Source: Selaginella moellendorffii (taxonomy: Eukaryota; Plantae; Lycopodiophyta). From it: DNA of 64,000 nt. Position 1 is the stretch's first letter. Each line of letters opens with the position of its first letter. Of the stretch, positions 37,731 through 50,265 are shown in pieces. Where the stretch lies: the NCBI RefSeq assembly GCF_000143415.4, contig NW_003314284.1, forward strand, positions 602,693 to 666,692, given 5' to 3'. A program made the translations under genes and the position numbers. The notes beneath the pieces were generated by a model, which did no database searches, was not told the DNA's origin, and saw nothing but the letters and a program-made list of their open reading frames with translations.

Positions 37731-38699
37731 CACTTATTGAAATGGCAGATCCCACACAACTTTTGCGGTATTGATGTTGAATCGATTCGAAAGCTCCAAA
37801 GAGCCCAAACTATAAAAATAATATCAAACGAAGAAAGTTGATCACATCCTCCATTTTAAATTTCACTTACTCTACAAATCTTTCCATATTCCTGAGATTT
37901 CTTCTCATGCTTTGTAGAGTTTACACTCTACTAAAGAAAAATGAATGAGATTGTACTGGACAAACTCGTAAATGATCAAACAAGTGGCACAGTGGCGCAG
38001 TTATAGTTCGTGTAGGGGATTTCAAGATCCTGAGAATCTCAGAACTGGAAAATAAAAATGGGAAACAATGGCTGAGCCTCACTCGGGGATTCTGTGTTTA
38101 CCAGCATTTCTTGGAGTGTGCTTTAAAGTAGGAAGTGTTTTGTTATTTGTGAGCATCTTGAGTTGAAATACACTCACATTTGTTTTGTGTGAGTTCTGTG
38201 TTTTTATGAATGTCCCGAGTGAGGTCCCATGTAGTGTGTTACAAGGCTACATCATGCACACACACTTGTTTCGTGTTGTGAGGGCAAATAAAGAGTGACC
38301 AAGCTGTATCAGCATGAAATTGATAAAGCATTGCCAAACTAGCATGTTAGATATTATGTGCCACATAATTTGAGTGATGATTTTGATGTGTGCTTTCTTG
38401 GTAGAGGAATTGTATGACAATTCTTGCAGGTGGGGAGCAAACTAGCTTTAAGGGTGCAATTTATTTTTTGCTAATCTTTTAACTTGATATTATTACAGGA
38501 TCTTCTTGAAGAATTGAATGCATGAAAATGGCAATTGGTGGATCTAATTTAGGATCTGGTAAATCTTTTGCAAAGCCTGGAGTTGGACTAACATTATTGA
38601 GTGTGCTTAAGGAAAACACCAATAATAACATCTCTAATGCACAAAAGGGTGGTGGTACATATTTAGGGCTTTTTATATCTCTATGAAATTACTACTTCA

Positions 38700-39199
38700 T
38701 AGTACTCAAGTGGGGCACCATTCCATAGCACCAAAGTGGGAATTGCTTTTAAGCACTTCCTTGGGTGGTTTTTTTAGCATTACCTAAGTCCATGCTCACT
38801 CCCACCTAAAGCCCTTAACCCCCAATCCCAACCTTAAGTTGGTTTAGAAGCACCACTAGAGTGTTCCTTTAAGATTAATTCCTAAATCTCACTATCCCTA
38901 TTATACTCAATTTTGGACTTGATTTCGGACTTGACTTTAGATTTACTTTCGGATTCAATTTCAGACCCAATGTAAAACTTGATCTTGAACTTAGTCTCAG
39001 ACTCAGTTTCAGACTTGGTCTTAGACTCAGTTTTAAACTCGGTTTCAAACTCGGTCTTGGACTTGGTCTTGGACTCAGTCTTGAACTTGGTCTTGAACTT
39101 GATCTCGAACTCAGTCTCATTTTATGAACTCTTTATCATTTCGATTGTGGTTTTAGGGATCCTTTAGTTTACAACACCTTGGGGAGTTGGTTCCTTATA
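38700..39199 (-). mobile_element. Degenerate, truncated family A LTR (inverted)
   Basis: Reverse complement matches the first part of 61267-62406, including the TxTAAGGAACCAACTC start and the hexamer array; heavily AT-shifted. Confidence 0.75.
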
Positions 39200-39345
39200 A
39201 CTCCACAACCTATAAAAGAAGTTCAATATTCATATCAAACATCTCTTTTTAATTTTATGACTTGTTGACCATGTTTGGGGGCATCCCCCCACTTAACAAT
39301 ATGCCTAAGTCATCCTCCCTAGATAAGAGCCCATGAAAACAAGAT

Positions 39346-40116
39346 TGTAAAAAACCAACTCTTTGAGGTGTCAAAGGCTAAAAGATCCCTAAAAGCATGA
39401 CCAAAATAATAAAGAGTTTATCAAATGAGACTGAGTCTAAGATCGAGTCAAAGACCAACTCTAAGACCGAGTTCGGGGCCAAGTCCGAGATCAAGTTCGA
39501 GACTGACTCCAAGACCGAGTTTAAGACTGAGTTCGAGACCGAGTCCGAGATCCGAGATTAGGTCCGAGATCAAGTCCGAGACCGAGTCCAAGATTGAGTC
39601 TGAGACAAAGTTTGAGGTTAGATCCGAGTTCGAGTCCGAGACAAAGTCCGAGGTCGGGTCTGAGATTGAGTCCAAGGTTGAGTCTGAGATCAAGTCTGAG
39701 ATTGACTCCAAATACTAATATGGGGTGAAAGCCCAAAGCATATGTCTCCCGAGGGGGGGCAGAGCTGCAGAGGGTTCCAAAAGTATAGTAGGGATAGTGA
39801 GGTTCAGGAACCAGTTTTGAAGGAACTCTTTAGTGGTGCTTTTAAACTGACTTGAGGTTGAGACTGAGGCTGAGGGGCCCTTGGGTGGGAGTGAGCATGG
39901 ACTTGAGGGGCCACCCAAGGAAATGCTTAAAAGTAACTCCCACTTCCTAAAAGGAAACCGACTGCAGTGCTCTTGGCTCATGTTGAGAGATGCCCCATTT
40001 GAGTACTTTGTGGTTTATTGGTCCTTGCCCTCCTTAAGGACTTGGGCCTTCCCTTTATGATGGAAATGGGGGAATAGAGGTACCCATACCAGGCTGTTAA
40101 GCCATGGTGTTTCGCC
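39346..40116 (+). mobile_element. Truncated family A LTR
   Basis: Aligns with 61267-~62043: TGTAA start, hexamer array, GTGAAAGCCCAAAGC motif. Confidence 0.8.
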
Positions 40117-40119
40117 ATG

Positions 40120-40910
40120 GTGAAATACTTCTCGAGGATTGACCTAAGAGGAAGATATTAAGAAGACAATCTATTAGGCAAGGTATGGAAGTTTTGAGTT
40201 TCTAATGATGCCCTTTGGGCTGTGCAATGCACCAGCAATGTTCTTAGCATTGATGAACCATATTTTTGTACCTTACTTAGAGCATTTTGTGGTCATCTAC
40301 ATTGATGGATATCTTGATTTATAGCAAAACGCTAGAAAAGCATGTCGAACACTTGACGAAGGTGTTTGAGAAACTAAAGGAACACCAGCTGTATACTAAA
40401 AAGAGCAAATATAACTTTGCTCAACAAAAGGTAAAATTTCTCGGGCATGTGGTAGGCAAAGATGGGCTCAAGGTGGACCCTGAAAAGGTCCAAACAATCT
40501 AGGAATGGGAATGACTATTGAATGTACACAAGTTAAGGGCATTGTTAGGACTATGTAATTACTACTGAAAGTTTTCAAACACTATTTGAGAGTACCTCTA
40601 CCTTTAACGGACTAAACAAGAAAAGAAAAGATAGTATAGTATGGATAACAGAATGCGAGGTGGCATTTATCCATCTTAAAAGAAGTTGAGGAAGGCTCCC
40701 GTGTTGGCATTACTAAACTATGGTAAAGATTTTGAGGTAGAAATGGATACTTCAGACTTTGTGTTGAACGCAGTTTTGAAGCAAAATAACCATCTAATAG
40801 TGTTCTTCTCAAAGAAGTTGAACAAAGTTTAACAAAAATGGTTTACCCACGAGAAGAAATTGTTTGCGGTGATCAAAACACTCAAGGAGTGGTGACATTA
40901 CTTTGGGAGA
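40120..40910 (+). mobile_element. Ty3/gypsy RT-RNase H remnant
   Basis: [24 protein letters not shown]...HL..VF..L, FLGHVV...G...DPEKV; many stops. Confidence 0.85.
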
Positions 40911-41049
40911 CACTTCAAAATTTACACAAATAATATGGCAATGAAACACTTGTTGTCATAGCCCGACCTGAGAGGGAAATAGGGTCGGTGGGCCAATGTT
41001 TTAGATGAGTTTGATTGTGAGATTCTCCAAAGATTTTGGAATCTCTTTG

Positions 41050-41460
41050 TTGATAATCTTGCAGATTTAGTTGAGCATCAAGATTCAAGGTCTTCCATAG
41101 CATTGGAATATCACCCAGCGATCCAGGGATTGTGCCAAAGAGTGAATTGGTGCTGACATTCAGTGAGATGAGGTGGCCAAGTGATGCCAAGCAATTCATA
41201 TAGACAACTAGTGCACTGTCCATGACTGTTGATTCGCAGCTGGGTTGCCTCGGGCTGTGGACCTGTCCACCAATGTACTCTTGGACTTGCTTCACTTTGG
41301 CGCTTCCAGGGCCTCTAGAGCTAGGACCTCTTCCATGCATCACTGATCCGTGATTGCAAAGCTTCACGGATGCTTGAAGGGTCTTCGATGTGATAATGGG
41401 GTGTCTCGGCCTGGAGAGTTTGGGAACATGATAGATCTTTCAAGCTAGTAGATATTGAAG
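41050..41460 (-). pseudogene. LRR receptor N-terminal pseudogene fragment
   Basis: LRR pattern LASLGHLISLNVSTNSLFGTIPGSLG; broken reading frame. Confidence 0.55.
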
Positions 41461-41636
41461 ATCTCCAGGCCTGCTGCAGTTCCACGTACATGAGCACTAA
41501 ATGAACTTAGCAACGGCAAAGCAAGAATGGAGCTGTGGAGCATCCTGCCTTTGTAGAGATCTTTGGAGACCGTTCTCTCTTATAAAATAGAAGATTTATT
41601 ATTTGTATTATTTTATTTAGTTAACAGCTCGTTGGT

Positions 41637-42861
41637 TTAGTTTATTTGGAGCTTTTGTGAATGCTTGCCATCCAAATATTTTGTGTAGACATTTGTGATG
41701 TGCTCTTGGTATAAGGTTGACTTGTAGAGTGGCGGGTTTTGCTCATCAATAAGTTCTGGCAGGGGTCCTATCACAGCATCCCGTGATGGATTGCAAAATG
41801 CCACGATGGAGAGACGAGTTTGATCAGGCTGGACAAGGACTCGGTGCTCAATGCTCTTGTATTTTCCATTGCTCAAAATCTGGCATGGAAACGAACAAAG
41901 CCATGATAAAAATCAATCCAAGTCACTTACTTCAAGCTGATCAGCGATGTTCACAATGAATGCATTCTTTATAGGCTTCAAGTCGTACCAGAGATCACCC
42001 TTCCTGGCCTGGAGTCCGCCAACTTGATCTTCAAACAGGATTGTCAAACCGCCACTATCGGTGTGGCCATTCATCCCAAGAGCAAGGTCGGGATTTGGGC
42101 ACGGCGGATAGTAATTTGATCGCAAGATCATCTCCGAGTCTCCAAACGATTTCGCGAGGCAGTTTGAATCCAGCCCGAGTCCTTCAGACAAAGCAGACAT
42201 CAGAGTCTGACTCAGATGTCTCACGCTTGAAACATAGCTGGAAGCGAGCCTCCTGCAGTATCCAAGAAACCAAGCAATCTCATGAAATCCAGATTAGTCA
42301 AGCTCATTTACTTGTAGCAGGCTGGTTTTTCCGGCCACGGATGCTCTTTTTCTGTGTTTGAAAAGTAGTGCTGGAAGTGATCGTGCCACTCCATATGAGT
42401 CTCTTGAGAAGGTGTCATACTCGTGCAGTACCGCACGGGCACAAACACCTCCTCCGTATAATACTTCATCTTCTCCTCAATAGGAAGATCAAAGAGCTCA
42501 AGCACTCCATAGACCATGCCTTGCATGGTTGCAACAGGAATCCCGTGGTTGATCACCTGCATGTGACATCATATTATGAATGATCCTTTTGAGCAGGTAC
42601 ACATCAAAATACCTGAAAGATGCCCCATTCACTCGAAGCCTTGCACAAAGTTTGAACAAATTTCTCTTGGTCACTCTCCAATGCAGCCATGTCAATCACA
42701 GGGATCTCCACTCCAGGAACGATCAAATGCTTCACAGCTCGGTGGCTGGGAGGTTTGATATAACGGCCAGGAATGGTAACGAGGCCATTATCCATGAGAG
42801 CTTTGACACCCTTTGGAAGAACATCAGTCTGCTGATTGACATTTGCAACAAAGGAAGGCAT
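41637..42861 (-). CDS. 2OG-Fe(II) dioxygenase, copy 2 (4 exons)
   Basis: Near-identical inverted copy of 13472-14696 with intact splice sites and HTD/H/RLS motifs. Confidence 0.93.
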
Positions 42862-43387
42862 AGCTACAAAATTAGGAGGAAACAAGATGAACGAGGTTGC
42901 ATAGAATTGGTGGGTTTATATAGTTGATTTTTCATGATGTTAAAGTCCAAGTTGGTGGCCGCGAAAGATCTTCTTTCTAGGTGGCAGCCCACGTGGCCAT
43001 CGCCTCAATTCCTTAAAACATCACGTCTTTTCTTTTTCGAGACTCTGGATAGTAAGCGACGAAGCCAGCAGCAGCAGCGAAGGAGGGAGCCGACATCGCG
43101 GCTTCGATTTTCTACATCCATCAGTCACGAGATTACCGAAATAACATAAATAGATAGTTGTAAGCATGAGACCGATGGATGCGATTGAAAATTAGAGCTA
43201 CATCTTGCAGATCTTCCTGGTCTTCAGTCCTTGTTGTGCGCTGCTTGGACACAATTTCTTTCTGGAAGAGCCGGGTAGAAAAACTAAGAAAGACTGTGAA
43301 TATGTTCTCTTTCGATTTGAATTTCTTCCATACTTTAAATATATATGCTCTCCACTCTTATTTCAATCTAAAGTTTAGCTTAGGATC

Positions 43388-45055
43388 ATGGTTGGGACGA
43401 TCAAACACCTCTACAACAGTCAATGGATGGTTGCATTGGCAAGTTTCTTCCTCATGATCTCCACGGGAGGAGCACTCAACAATTTCAGCCTCTTCTCGCA
43501 GCATCTCAAGCTGTCCCTCGACTACAACCAAAAAAATATCAACACCATAAGCTTATTTAAGGACGTTGGCACCAGCGTCGGGATTCTCTCCGGCCTCGTC
43601 TATGATCTCACCGGGCCCTGGGTCGTGCTCCTCCTTGGATTTGCGCTAAACTTTGCTGGATACTTCACGATATGGCTGGCTACAACGCAGAGAATCGCAC
43701 ACCCCCATGTCTGGGAACTGTGCTTCTATCTCTTTATGATCGGCGCATCGGCAGCCTTCACCACCACCGCTGTTCTTGTGGCCTGTGCCAAGAATTTCCC
43801 CAAGAACCAGGGCATGGTTCTTAGTCTTCTCGACAGTACGCAGGGATTGAGCGTTGCGATATTCACGCTGCTTTACCAGGCCTTCTTCTCTCACAGTGAC
43901 GATTCATTCGTTCTCTTGCTGGCCTGGTTTCCATCGCTCTTGTGCCTTCTCTTCGCGTTTTTCATTCGATCCGTCCCACTCGACGGCCGCTACAATGACT
44001 CGAGAACGCTCTTCGTCTTCGTGTCAGTAACTTTGATCCTGGCTGGATATCTCATGGCTATTATCATCCTCCAGCACTTCGTGCGCCTAGAATCTCGGAT
44101 CATCAAGGCCTTCTTTTCCATTATGCTGATCATTCTCTCCATCCCAGTTCTTGTGGTTCTGAGACAGGAATCCAAAACCCTCCGGCATCGCCATCGCGAA
44201 GAAGTTGATGTTGATCTAGTGGAGAACGCAGCGATAGAAACTCCTCAAACAGATTATCAAGACGTAGATCCTCCGGATCATGGGGCAGACGCCGCTGCTC
44301 CAGCTATCGCCTCGCACATTTCGATCTTCTTCTTTAAAGGATCGCCCGTCAAGCGAGGAGACGATTTCACAATCTTCCAGGCGCTCTGTAGCATCGACAT
44401 GTTTCTCATCTTCGTGGCTTCAACCTGTGGCATTGGCGCTGTGCTAACAGTGACCAACAATTTCGGCCAGATTGGAACGTCCCTTGGCTACTCCCAGGCC
44501 GGAACAAACACTTTCATCGCCCTCCTTAGCATCTGGGACTTCATCGGTGGCGTTGGCGTTGGCTTCATCTCGGATATATGCCTCGCCAGCTATGGCGTCG
44601 CAAGGCCCTTCTTCCTGTGCCTGGTTCTCTTGCTTCTGTCGCTTGGGAGCTTGATAATCGCTCTTGGGCTTCCCGGAGCGCTCTTCTACGGCTCGGTTTT
44701 GATTGGGTTGTCAATCGGTGGCCAGTGGTCGGTTCTTTACACCATGATAGCGGAGATCTTCGGGCTCAGGTTCTATGGGACGCTCCAAAATGTAACTTAC
44801 GTCGCTAAGGCGCTGGGAACTTATGTTTTGTCCGTCCGGGTGGCAGGAGTTTTATACGACCGCGAGAGTAAGCTTGGACCGAGCAATGGAAGTCTGGATG
44901 GTGATGAGCTCCTTTGCCATGGACCACATTGCTACAGAACAACCTTCTTTGTCATGGCTGGAGTGTGCTTGTTTGCATCCATTGTGAGCTTGATCTTGTC
45001 CATTAGAACAACAAAGTTTTATAGTGTCACTCTTCGAAAGAGATTAACTGGTTAA
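43388..45055 (+). CDS. Nodulin-like MFS transporter, copy 2
   Basis: 555-aa near-identical paralog of 11240-12910. Confidence 0.93.
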   Translation: MVGTIKHLYNSQWMVALASFFLMISTGGALNNFSLFSQHLKLSLDYNQKNINTISLFKDVGTSVGILSGLVYDLTGPWVVLLLGFALNFAGYFTIWLATTQRIAHPHVWELCFYLFMIGASAAFTTTAVLVACAKNFPKNQGMVLSLLDSTQGLSVAIFTLLYQAFFSHSDDSFVLLLAWFPSLLCLLFAFFIRSVPLDGRYNDSRTLFVFVSVTLILAGYLMAIIILQHFVRLESRIIKAFFSIMLIILSIPVLVVLRQESKTLRHRHREEVDVDLVENAAIETPQTDYQDVDPPDHGADAAAPAIASHISIFFFKGSPVKRGDDFTIFQALCSIDMFLIFVASTCGIGAVLTVTNNFGQIGTSLGYSQAGTNTFIALLSIWDFIGGVGVGFISDICLASYGVARPFFLCLVLLLLSLGSLIIALGLPGALFYGSVLIGLSIGGQWSVLYTMIAEIFGLRFYGTLQNVTYVAKALGTYVLSVRVAGVLYDRESKLGPSNGSLDGDELLCHGPHCYRTTFFVMAGVCLFASIVSLILSIRTTKFYSVTLRKRLTG

Positions 45056-45925
45056 TAAATGTTAGCTGCTGAAATGAACAGTAAACTTCTATAAGGCCAT
45101 AAATATTTTAAGCAATTACTCACTTGAGTTATTATTTTAAATGCAAAGTCAAACCAGCCTATTGATGGTTGATGTTTTATGGAATAATTTCTCAATAAGA
45201 CAGATAATCATGCAAAAGAAAGACCATGAGATTCTCTTGTATGCAATGGATATTAATATATATGATCAAAAAGTAAAAAATTGTAACAATCATTAGCAAA
45301 TATTTACTATTTAATTTGGTGAAATTAAATACAGTGTAAGACTTCTTTTGGTAGATAAAGTGATTAGAAGCAGTATACAATAATCTTCATGATAATAAAT
45401 TACATGAAAAATTAGAAACTCAAAAAGTAAATAATAATTAACTAACTATAAAATAGAGAGAGCATAGGAAAAAAATTATAATGAAGATTGCCACATGGCA
45501 AGTTGCCCAAAGACAAATACAAAATCTATTTACTAACACTAATGCTTTAGTTTTAAAGTATATTATCTTGAATATTAAACAGACCTTTGAAATTTTCATT
45601 ATTTTGCATTTTTAATAAGAAAAATCATTTGCTGCACTTTGCATGTAGCAATGTTTGGTTATAATAGTGTCATTCCTGTTTACTATTATTGAATAATCTA
45701 AATGATCAATAATTATAAATACATTTATAACTTACAGGTTTGCTCAAGCAATCCAAAGTATTCAATTATAATAATTTACTCTTTATAAACTCTTTAATTA
45801 TAAATTTAGGTTGTAATAGCTAAAGGGCTATTTAATTTTACCATTATCTAAGACTCTTAATTGATGTATATTTCATAATGACAATTTGGTTCCATTCTTC
45901 AGACAAAATCTATAAACAAAGTTCA

Positions 45926-46594
45926 TCATTGAAATTTCTGTTTGTAATCGCTCCACAACTGATCCACACTCTTTCCAGTCAGATCCTGGAAGTAGTTTTC
46001 ACTCCACCCGTCATAGAGCTTCTTGTTAAGCTCTGCCACAAAGCTCGGATGGAGATCGTTGACATAGTTTAGAAACAGTGCAGTCACGGTATACCCCTCG
46101 TCCCAGTGGCTCCCCGACCCCACAAACCCATTGGTCGACACACCTAGCTTAGCCTTGAGCCTCATAAAGTCGGCAATCCCCTCGATCAGTCCCTGCGGCG
46201 CCCGGCTCCCGTCCTTGCCGAACCACTGCCAAATGTGAGTCATCTCGTGGTACAAGACGCCTCGGAGCTCAAAAACCAAGTCTCCAGTGAAAGTAGCAAC
46301 AAACTGTGCGCTGAGATGGATCTCCACACCAATGGCGTAGGCCACCCCAGCCATGTCGTCCACTGTGAAGTGGATGGTGTCAATCTCCTTCTTAGGTGTG
46401 TCGGGGCTCCTATACTCGAAGCCAAGCTGGACGAAGGCCATGGCGTCGGCGAGGATGGAGAGGGCTCCATCTACTCCCATGACAGAGTTGAAGCGCTGGC
46501 CTCCTGGGGATTCTGGGGTTGTGTTGGCGCCTGTGATGGAGGTGCCTTGAGTTACCTGGAATGTTGCTAGGATAATGAGGAGAAAAATTGCCAT
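45926..46594 (-). CDS. PR-17 / basic secretory protein (BSP) family, zincin-like
   Basis: Signal peptide; GVAYA; GVLYHEMTHIWQW (HExxH); GLIEGIADFMRL; WDEGY..TA.FL.Y; LTGKSVDQLWSDYK. Confidence 0.93.
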   Translation of the reverse strand: MAIFLLIILATFQVTQGTSITGANTTPESPGGQRFNSVMGVDGALSILADAMAFVQLGFEYRSPDTPKKEIDTIHFTVDDMAGVAYAIGVEIHLSAQFVATFTGDLVFELRGVLYHEMTHIWQWFGKDGSRAPQGLIEGIADFMRLKAKLGVSTNGFVGSGSHWDEGYTVTALFLNYVNDLHPSFVAELNKKLYDGWSENYFQDLTGKSVDQLWSDYKQKFQ

Positions 46595-46959
46595 TTTCTT
46601 TATGTTTTTCTTTTCCTTCTTATATCATTTGAGTTATTATTTCAAATGTAGAGTCAAACTCGCCCATTGAATAATTGTCTATGTTTCCTGGGATAGTTTC
46701 TCAATAAGACAGATGATAAAACAGTTATTTACTTTATTTTTCCGGCATCTTTCCTAAGGGTAGACCCCATTGTTAATCAAAACGATGAGAAAAACAAAGG
46801 GTGGCACCTGCAAACAAAAGAAAGTTTTAGAAACAAATCGCAAAAGGGAGAAAACTTTCGGGACAAAGAGAAAATCTCACCACCAAGTCTACTAGAGCGC
46901 TCAATTAGCATGCGAGAGGCACTAGGATTGATACTCTCTACATTCCTTTTCTTTCTCTT

Positions 46960-48930
46960 CTTTGTTTTCGTATGCCCTTAATCTTTGCCAGATCGCCTGG
47001 AGCCGGAAGAGCTCATCCATCTCCTCCTCACCTGCACATCCCTGCGATTGGTCGATGGTGGTAGGAAGCTCCACGCCCATATCTCCCGTCTGGGCCGCCT
47101 TGAAAGGGATGGGCGTCTCGCGAGTCACCTCATCGACATGTATGGCAAGTGCGGGCATTTGGACGATGCCAAGGCTGTGTTCTAAAGCCTTGACGCGAGT
47201 AAGGGGAGCTCTCTCTCGTGGAGCGCGCTCATCACGGCTTACGGCTCATGTGGATCGATCGGAGGGGCTGTTGGCCTGCTGGACGAGATGGAGGAGCAGG
47301 GAATTCTCCCGGATCAAACCGCCCTCTTGACAGCGCTCAATCTTTGCTCCACACACGGCGCTCTCGCGGGGGCATTGTGGTACACAAAATAATAGCGGAT
47401 CGTGGGCTGGAGAAGAATGTGATCATCTCAAATGCGATTATCAACATGTATGGAAAATGCGGCCAAATCGACCAAGCCAGAGCTTTCTTAGATAGAATGT
47501 ATTTCCGAGACACAGTGTCTTGGAACGCCATTGTTTCTGCATATGCCCAAAATGGGCATCAGTCGGATGCAGTGAAAATGCTCTTTGTCATGCAGCTCGA
47601 GGGTGTCAAGATTGGAAAAATCGGATTCGTTACACTCCTCAAGACTTGCTGCGACCCAATGTTCCTGCAGACCGGCAGACTCATTCACTCTTGTCTTGCG
47701 GAGGATGGTCTCCATGAGACGGACGTCACCACCGGAACGAGCCTCGTTCATATGTATGCAAAGTGTGGCAGAAGCGCGAGAGATTTTTTAGCGGATGAGC
47801 TGCAAGAACAAGTTTGCATGGTCTGCCTCCCCATTTGTAGGAAACACGCTGATAACCATGTATGGGAGGTGTGGCAGCGCAGATGAATCGAGGAGAGTTT
47901 TCCAGAGCATGGATTGTCCAGACGCAGTCGCCTGGTCGTCGATCATTGCAGTTCTCGCGGAGCAAGGCAATGGAAAAGGACTGGAGGCGATGGTGTTTCT
48001 TTGGCGCATGCAGCTAGAGAGCGTGAGGCCGAACAACGTAACTCTCGTGGCGGCGCTCAATGCGTGCCCGTCCCCGGCGTTTCTGCGCGGGGGGCGGGGG
48101 GGGGGGGGGGGGGGACAGATTCACCGTGGAGTCCGGCTATGACTCCTCTGACAAGATCGTGGGGAACGCGCTCGTCAACATGTTTGCAAAGTGTGGGAGC
48201 TTGCTTGATGCACTTCGCCAAGATCTCTCACAAGGATGCGACGTCGTGGAAAGCCTTGATCACGATCTACGCACAGAACCAGCATGGAAAAATCGCACTC
48301 GATTCGCTAAAACACATGCAGCTAGAAGGATTCCGGATGAACAAGCACACTTCCGTAAACGCTATCATTGCCTGCACGGAGATCTACTCCTTGAACGATG
48401 GCAAGCGAGTCCACGGCTGGATTCGCGAGAGGGGAAGGGAGCTGGACGTTCTACTCGGCAACGCAGTGGTCAATCTCTACAGCAAATGCGGGAGCCTGGA
48501 CGCTGCGTACGCGATGTTCTTCCAGCTGCGAAGAGAAGACGTGATAACCTGGAGTGCAATGGTGGGAGCCTACGCTCGCCACGGCCACGCGGTGTGAGCT
48601 CTCACGCTCTTCGGAGTGATGCAAATGGGATCCGGCACCATGCCAAACTCCATCAACTTCGTCAGCGTCCTCTCGGCGTGTAGCCACGCCGGGCTCTAGG
48701 ACGCTCACTGCAGCTTTGTGTCGATGAGGAGCGACTATGGGATCCCCCCCGCTGCGAAGTACTACGTGTGCATGGCCGATCTTCTCGGGCGATCGAGGAG
48801 ATGGTACGTTTCGTGGTATGCTCTCCAGTGGAGGGCGATGCCGTGGTGTGGAGGGCCGTGCTGGCGGCTTGCAGAAGCCTCGGCAAAGTTGAGATTGGGA
48901 ACCGAGCTGTTAAGCGGACTCGTGATTTAG
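46960..48930 (+). pseudogene. PLS-class PPR pseudogene
   Basis: Repeated N.LI.MYGKCG....A / VSWNA...AYAQNGH units spread over several frames, with stops and a poly-G run at ~48091-48114. Confidence 0.85.
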
Positions 48931-50109
48931 AAAACAAGCGGAAAAGAGAAGATAAGCGAAGCAATCCTGACATACCCGGTATGAGAACGTCTGAGTTCCA
49001 ACGTACGTAGAAGAGTTCCACTTCTTCTTTTGCACGAGCATCCAGCTCTCTCTGAATTTAGTGCTATCGGGCCGTAAGTTTGGATCTGAAAACAGCGTCA
49101 AGTCAGCGTGCTCTTTCAACACAGTGCAACAAGACGAAACAAGTCATATCGTCTTCTATTTCAATACCAGGATGTTCGTTTGTATTTGAGATCATCCTTG
49201 AGACTTGTCAGTTGACTGATCGCTGGGTCCGCTCCTTCTGCATCCATGCTGGACGCTCTTTTAAGAAGAACAAAGGAAGCAAGCTGGAAGCATTCACCAG
49301 AATTGCTCCAGCTTCTCTTTTTGTTGCTTGATGGTCACCCATAGTTGCACCAGCACAGCAAGCTCCATGAGCAGCAAAGATCCTACAATCAGACGAATCC
49401 TGAGGAGCTTTACACTCAAGTCCATGTCTGCGGATGAGAAATGCAGATAATTGAAGCACATACCAGTAGAGTGAGCTCGTGGGAGATTATTTTGTTGCCC
49501 GCATGAAGCGCAGATCTTGAAACGGTGACCCTTTGGGCAGGACACGAAGGCACCCAGCATTGGACACAGCACAGCCGCTTCCAGCAGCACGAAGCCAAAT
49601 GCAGCTACCTGGATCCGCCATATTCGAGATTTACAAGTCTGCTCGTTAAGCCCTAGGGATGGCAGGCTTCTCATTCTCATTCGGATATTCGTTGGGGCGG
49701 GCGGAGCAATAGCTTGAAGCCGGAGAGCCGGCTGCTGGTCTGGGCCTTGCCAGAACTAAAAGAGATACAGTTTATTTGAAAAGCCGAATGCAGCAGCGTC
49801 TGGGCTGAGGTTCGATTTCATCCAATTGTTTGCATATGTTTGTAACTTGACTTTCGATTTTCTTCAGGATCAAGACGCCTGAGAGTCGCTTGGCATCTCT
49901 ATATTCGCAGCAATTTCGAACCGGTTCGTGAGGCAAAGGCCAAGACTTGTTATTTAAGGCGTTCTCGAGCCAGCCGGATCCACAGAGCTGTGACAGCTAG
50001 CATCTGGTGCATTGTCAATCCATACTGAAGAATCTCAATTGAGGCTATGGTGTTCCAGCTCCCCATTTAACCATGTACATACCCTATAAAATCTCTCTCC
50101 TGATCTTGT

Positions 50110-50265
50110 TCCAGGGTACTGCAGCTGGCGGCACACCTGAGATTGTTGCGGATAGAACCACCGGATTGCTTAGCCCGGTTGGGAAAGAAGGCGTTTCCGC
50201 TTCAAATGGCACAGTTAAAAACGAGCATGGGTGCAGCCGGGTCCGGCAACGGTTCCTCGTATTGC
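50110..50265 (+). pseudogene. Glycosyltransferase family 4 last-exon fragment
   Basis: GTAAGGTPEIV...TGLL.PVGKEGV...RVRQRFL after an AG acceptor; internal deletion; no intact upstream exons seen. Confidence 0.6.

Larger units (their letters stand above)
41475..45097. repeat. Inverted segmental duplication of 11212-14870
   Basis: Reverse-complement match traced at both ends (14870 to 41475; ~11212 to ~45097). Confidence 0.92.

Noticed and set aside
37900-38650. Exon-like segments with AG acceptors
   Set aside because: No open frame or identifiable product.
49000-49700. Minus-strand ORFs with hydrophobic stretches
   Set aside because: Cannot be assigned to a family; fragmentary.
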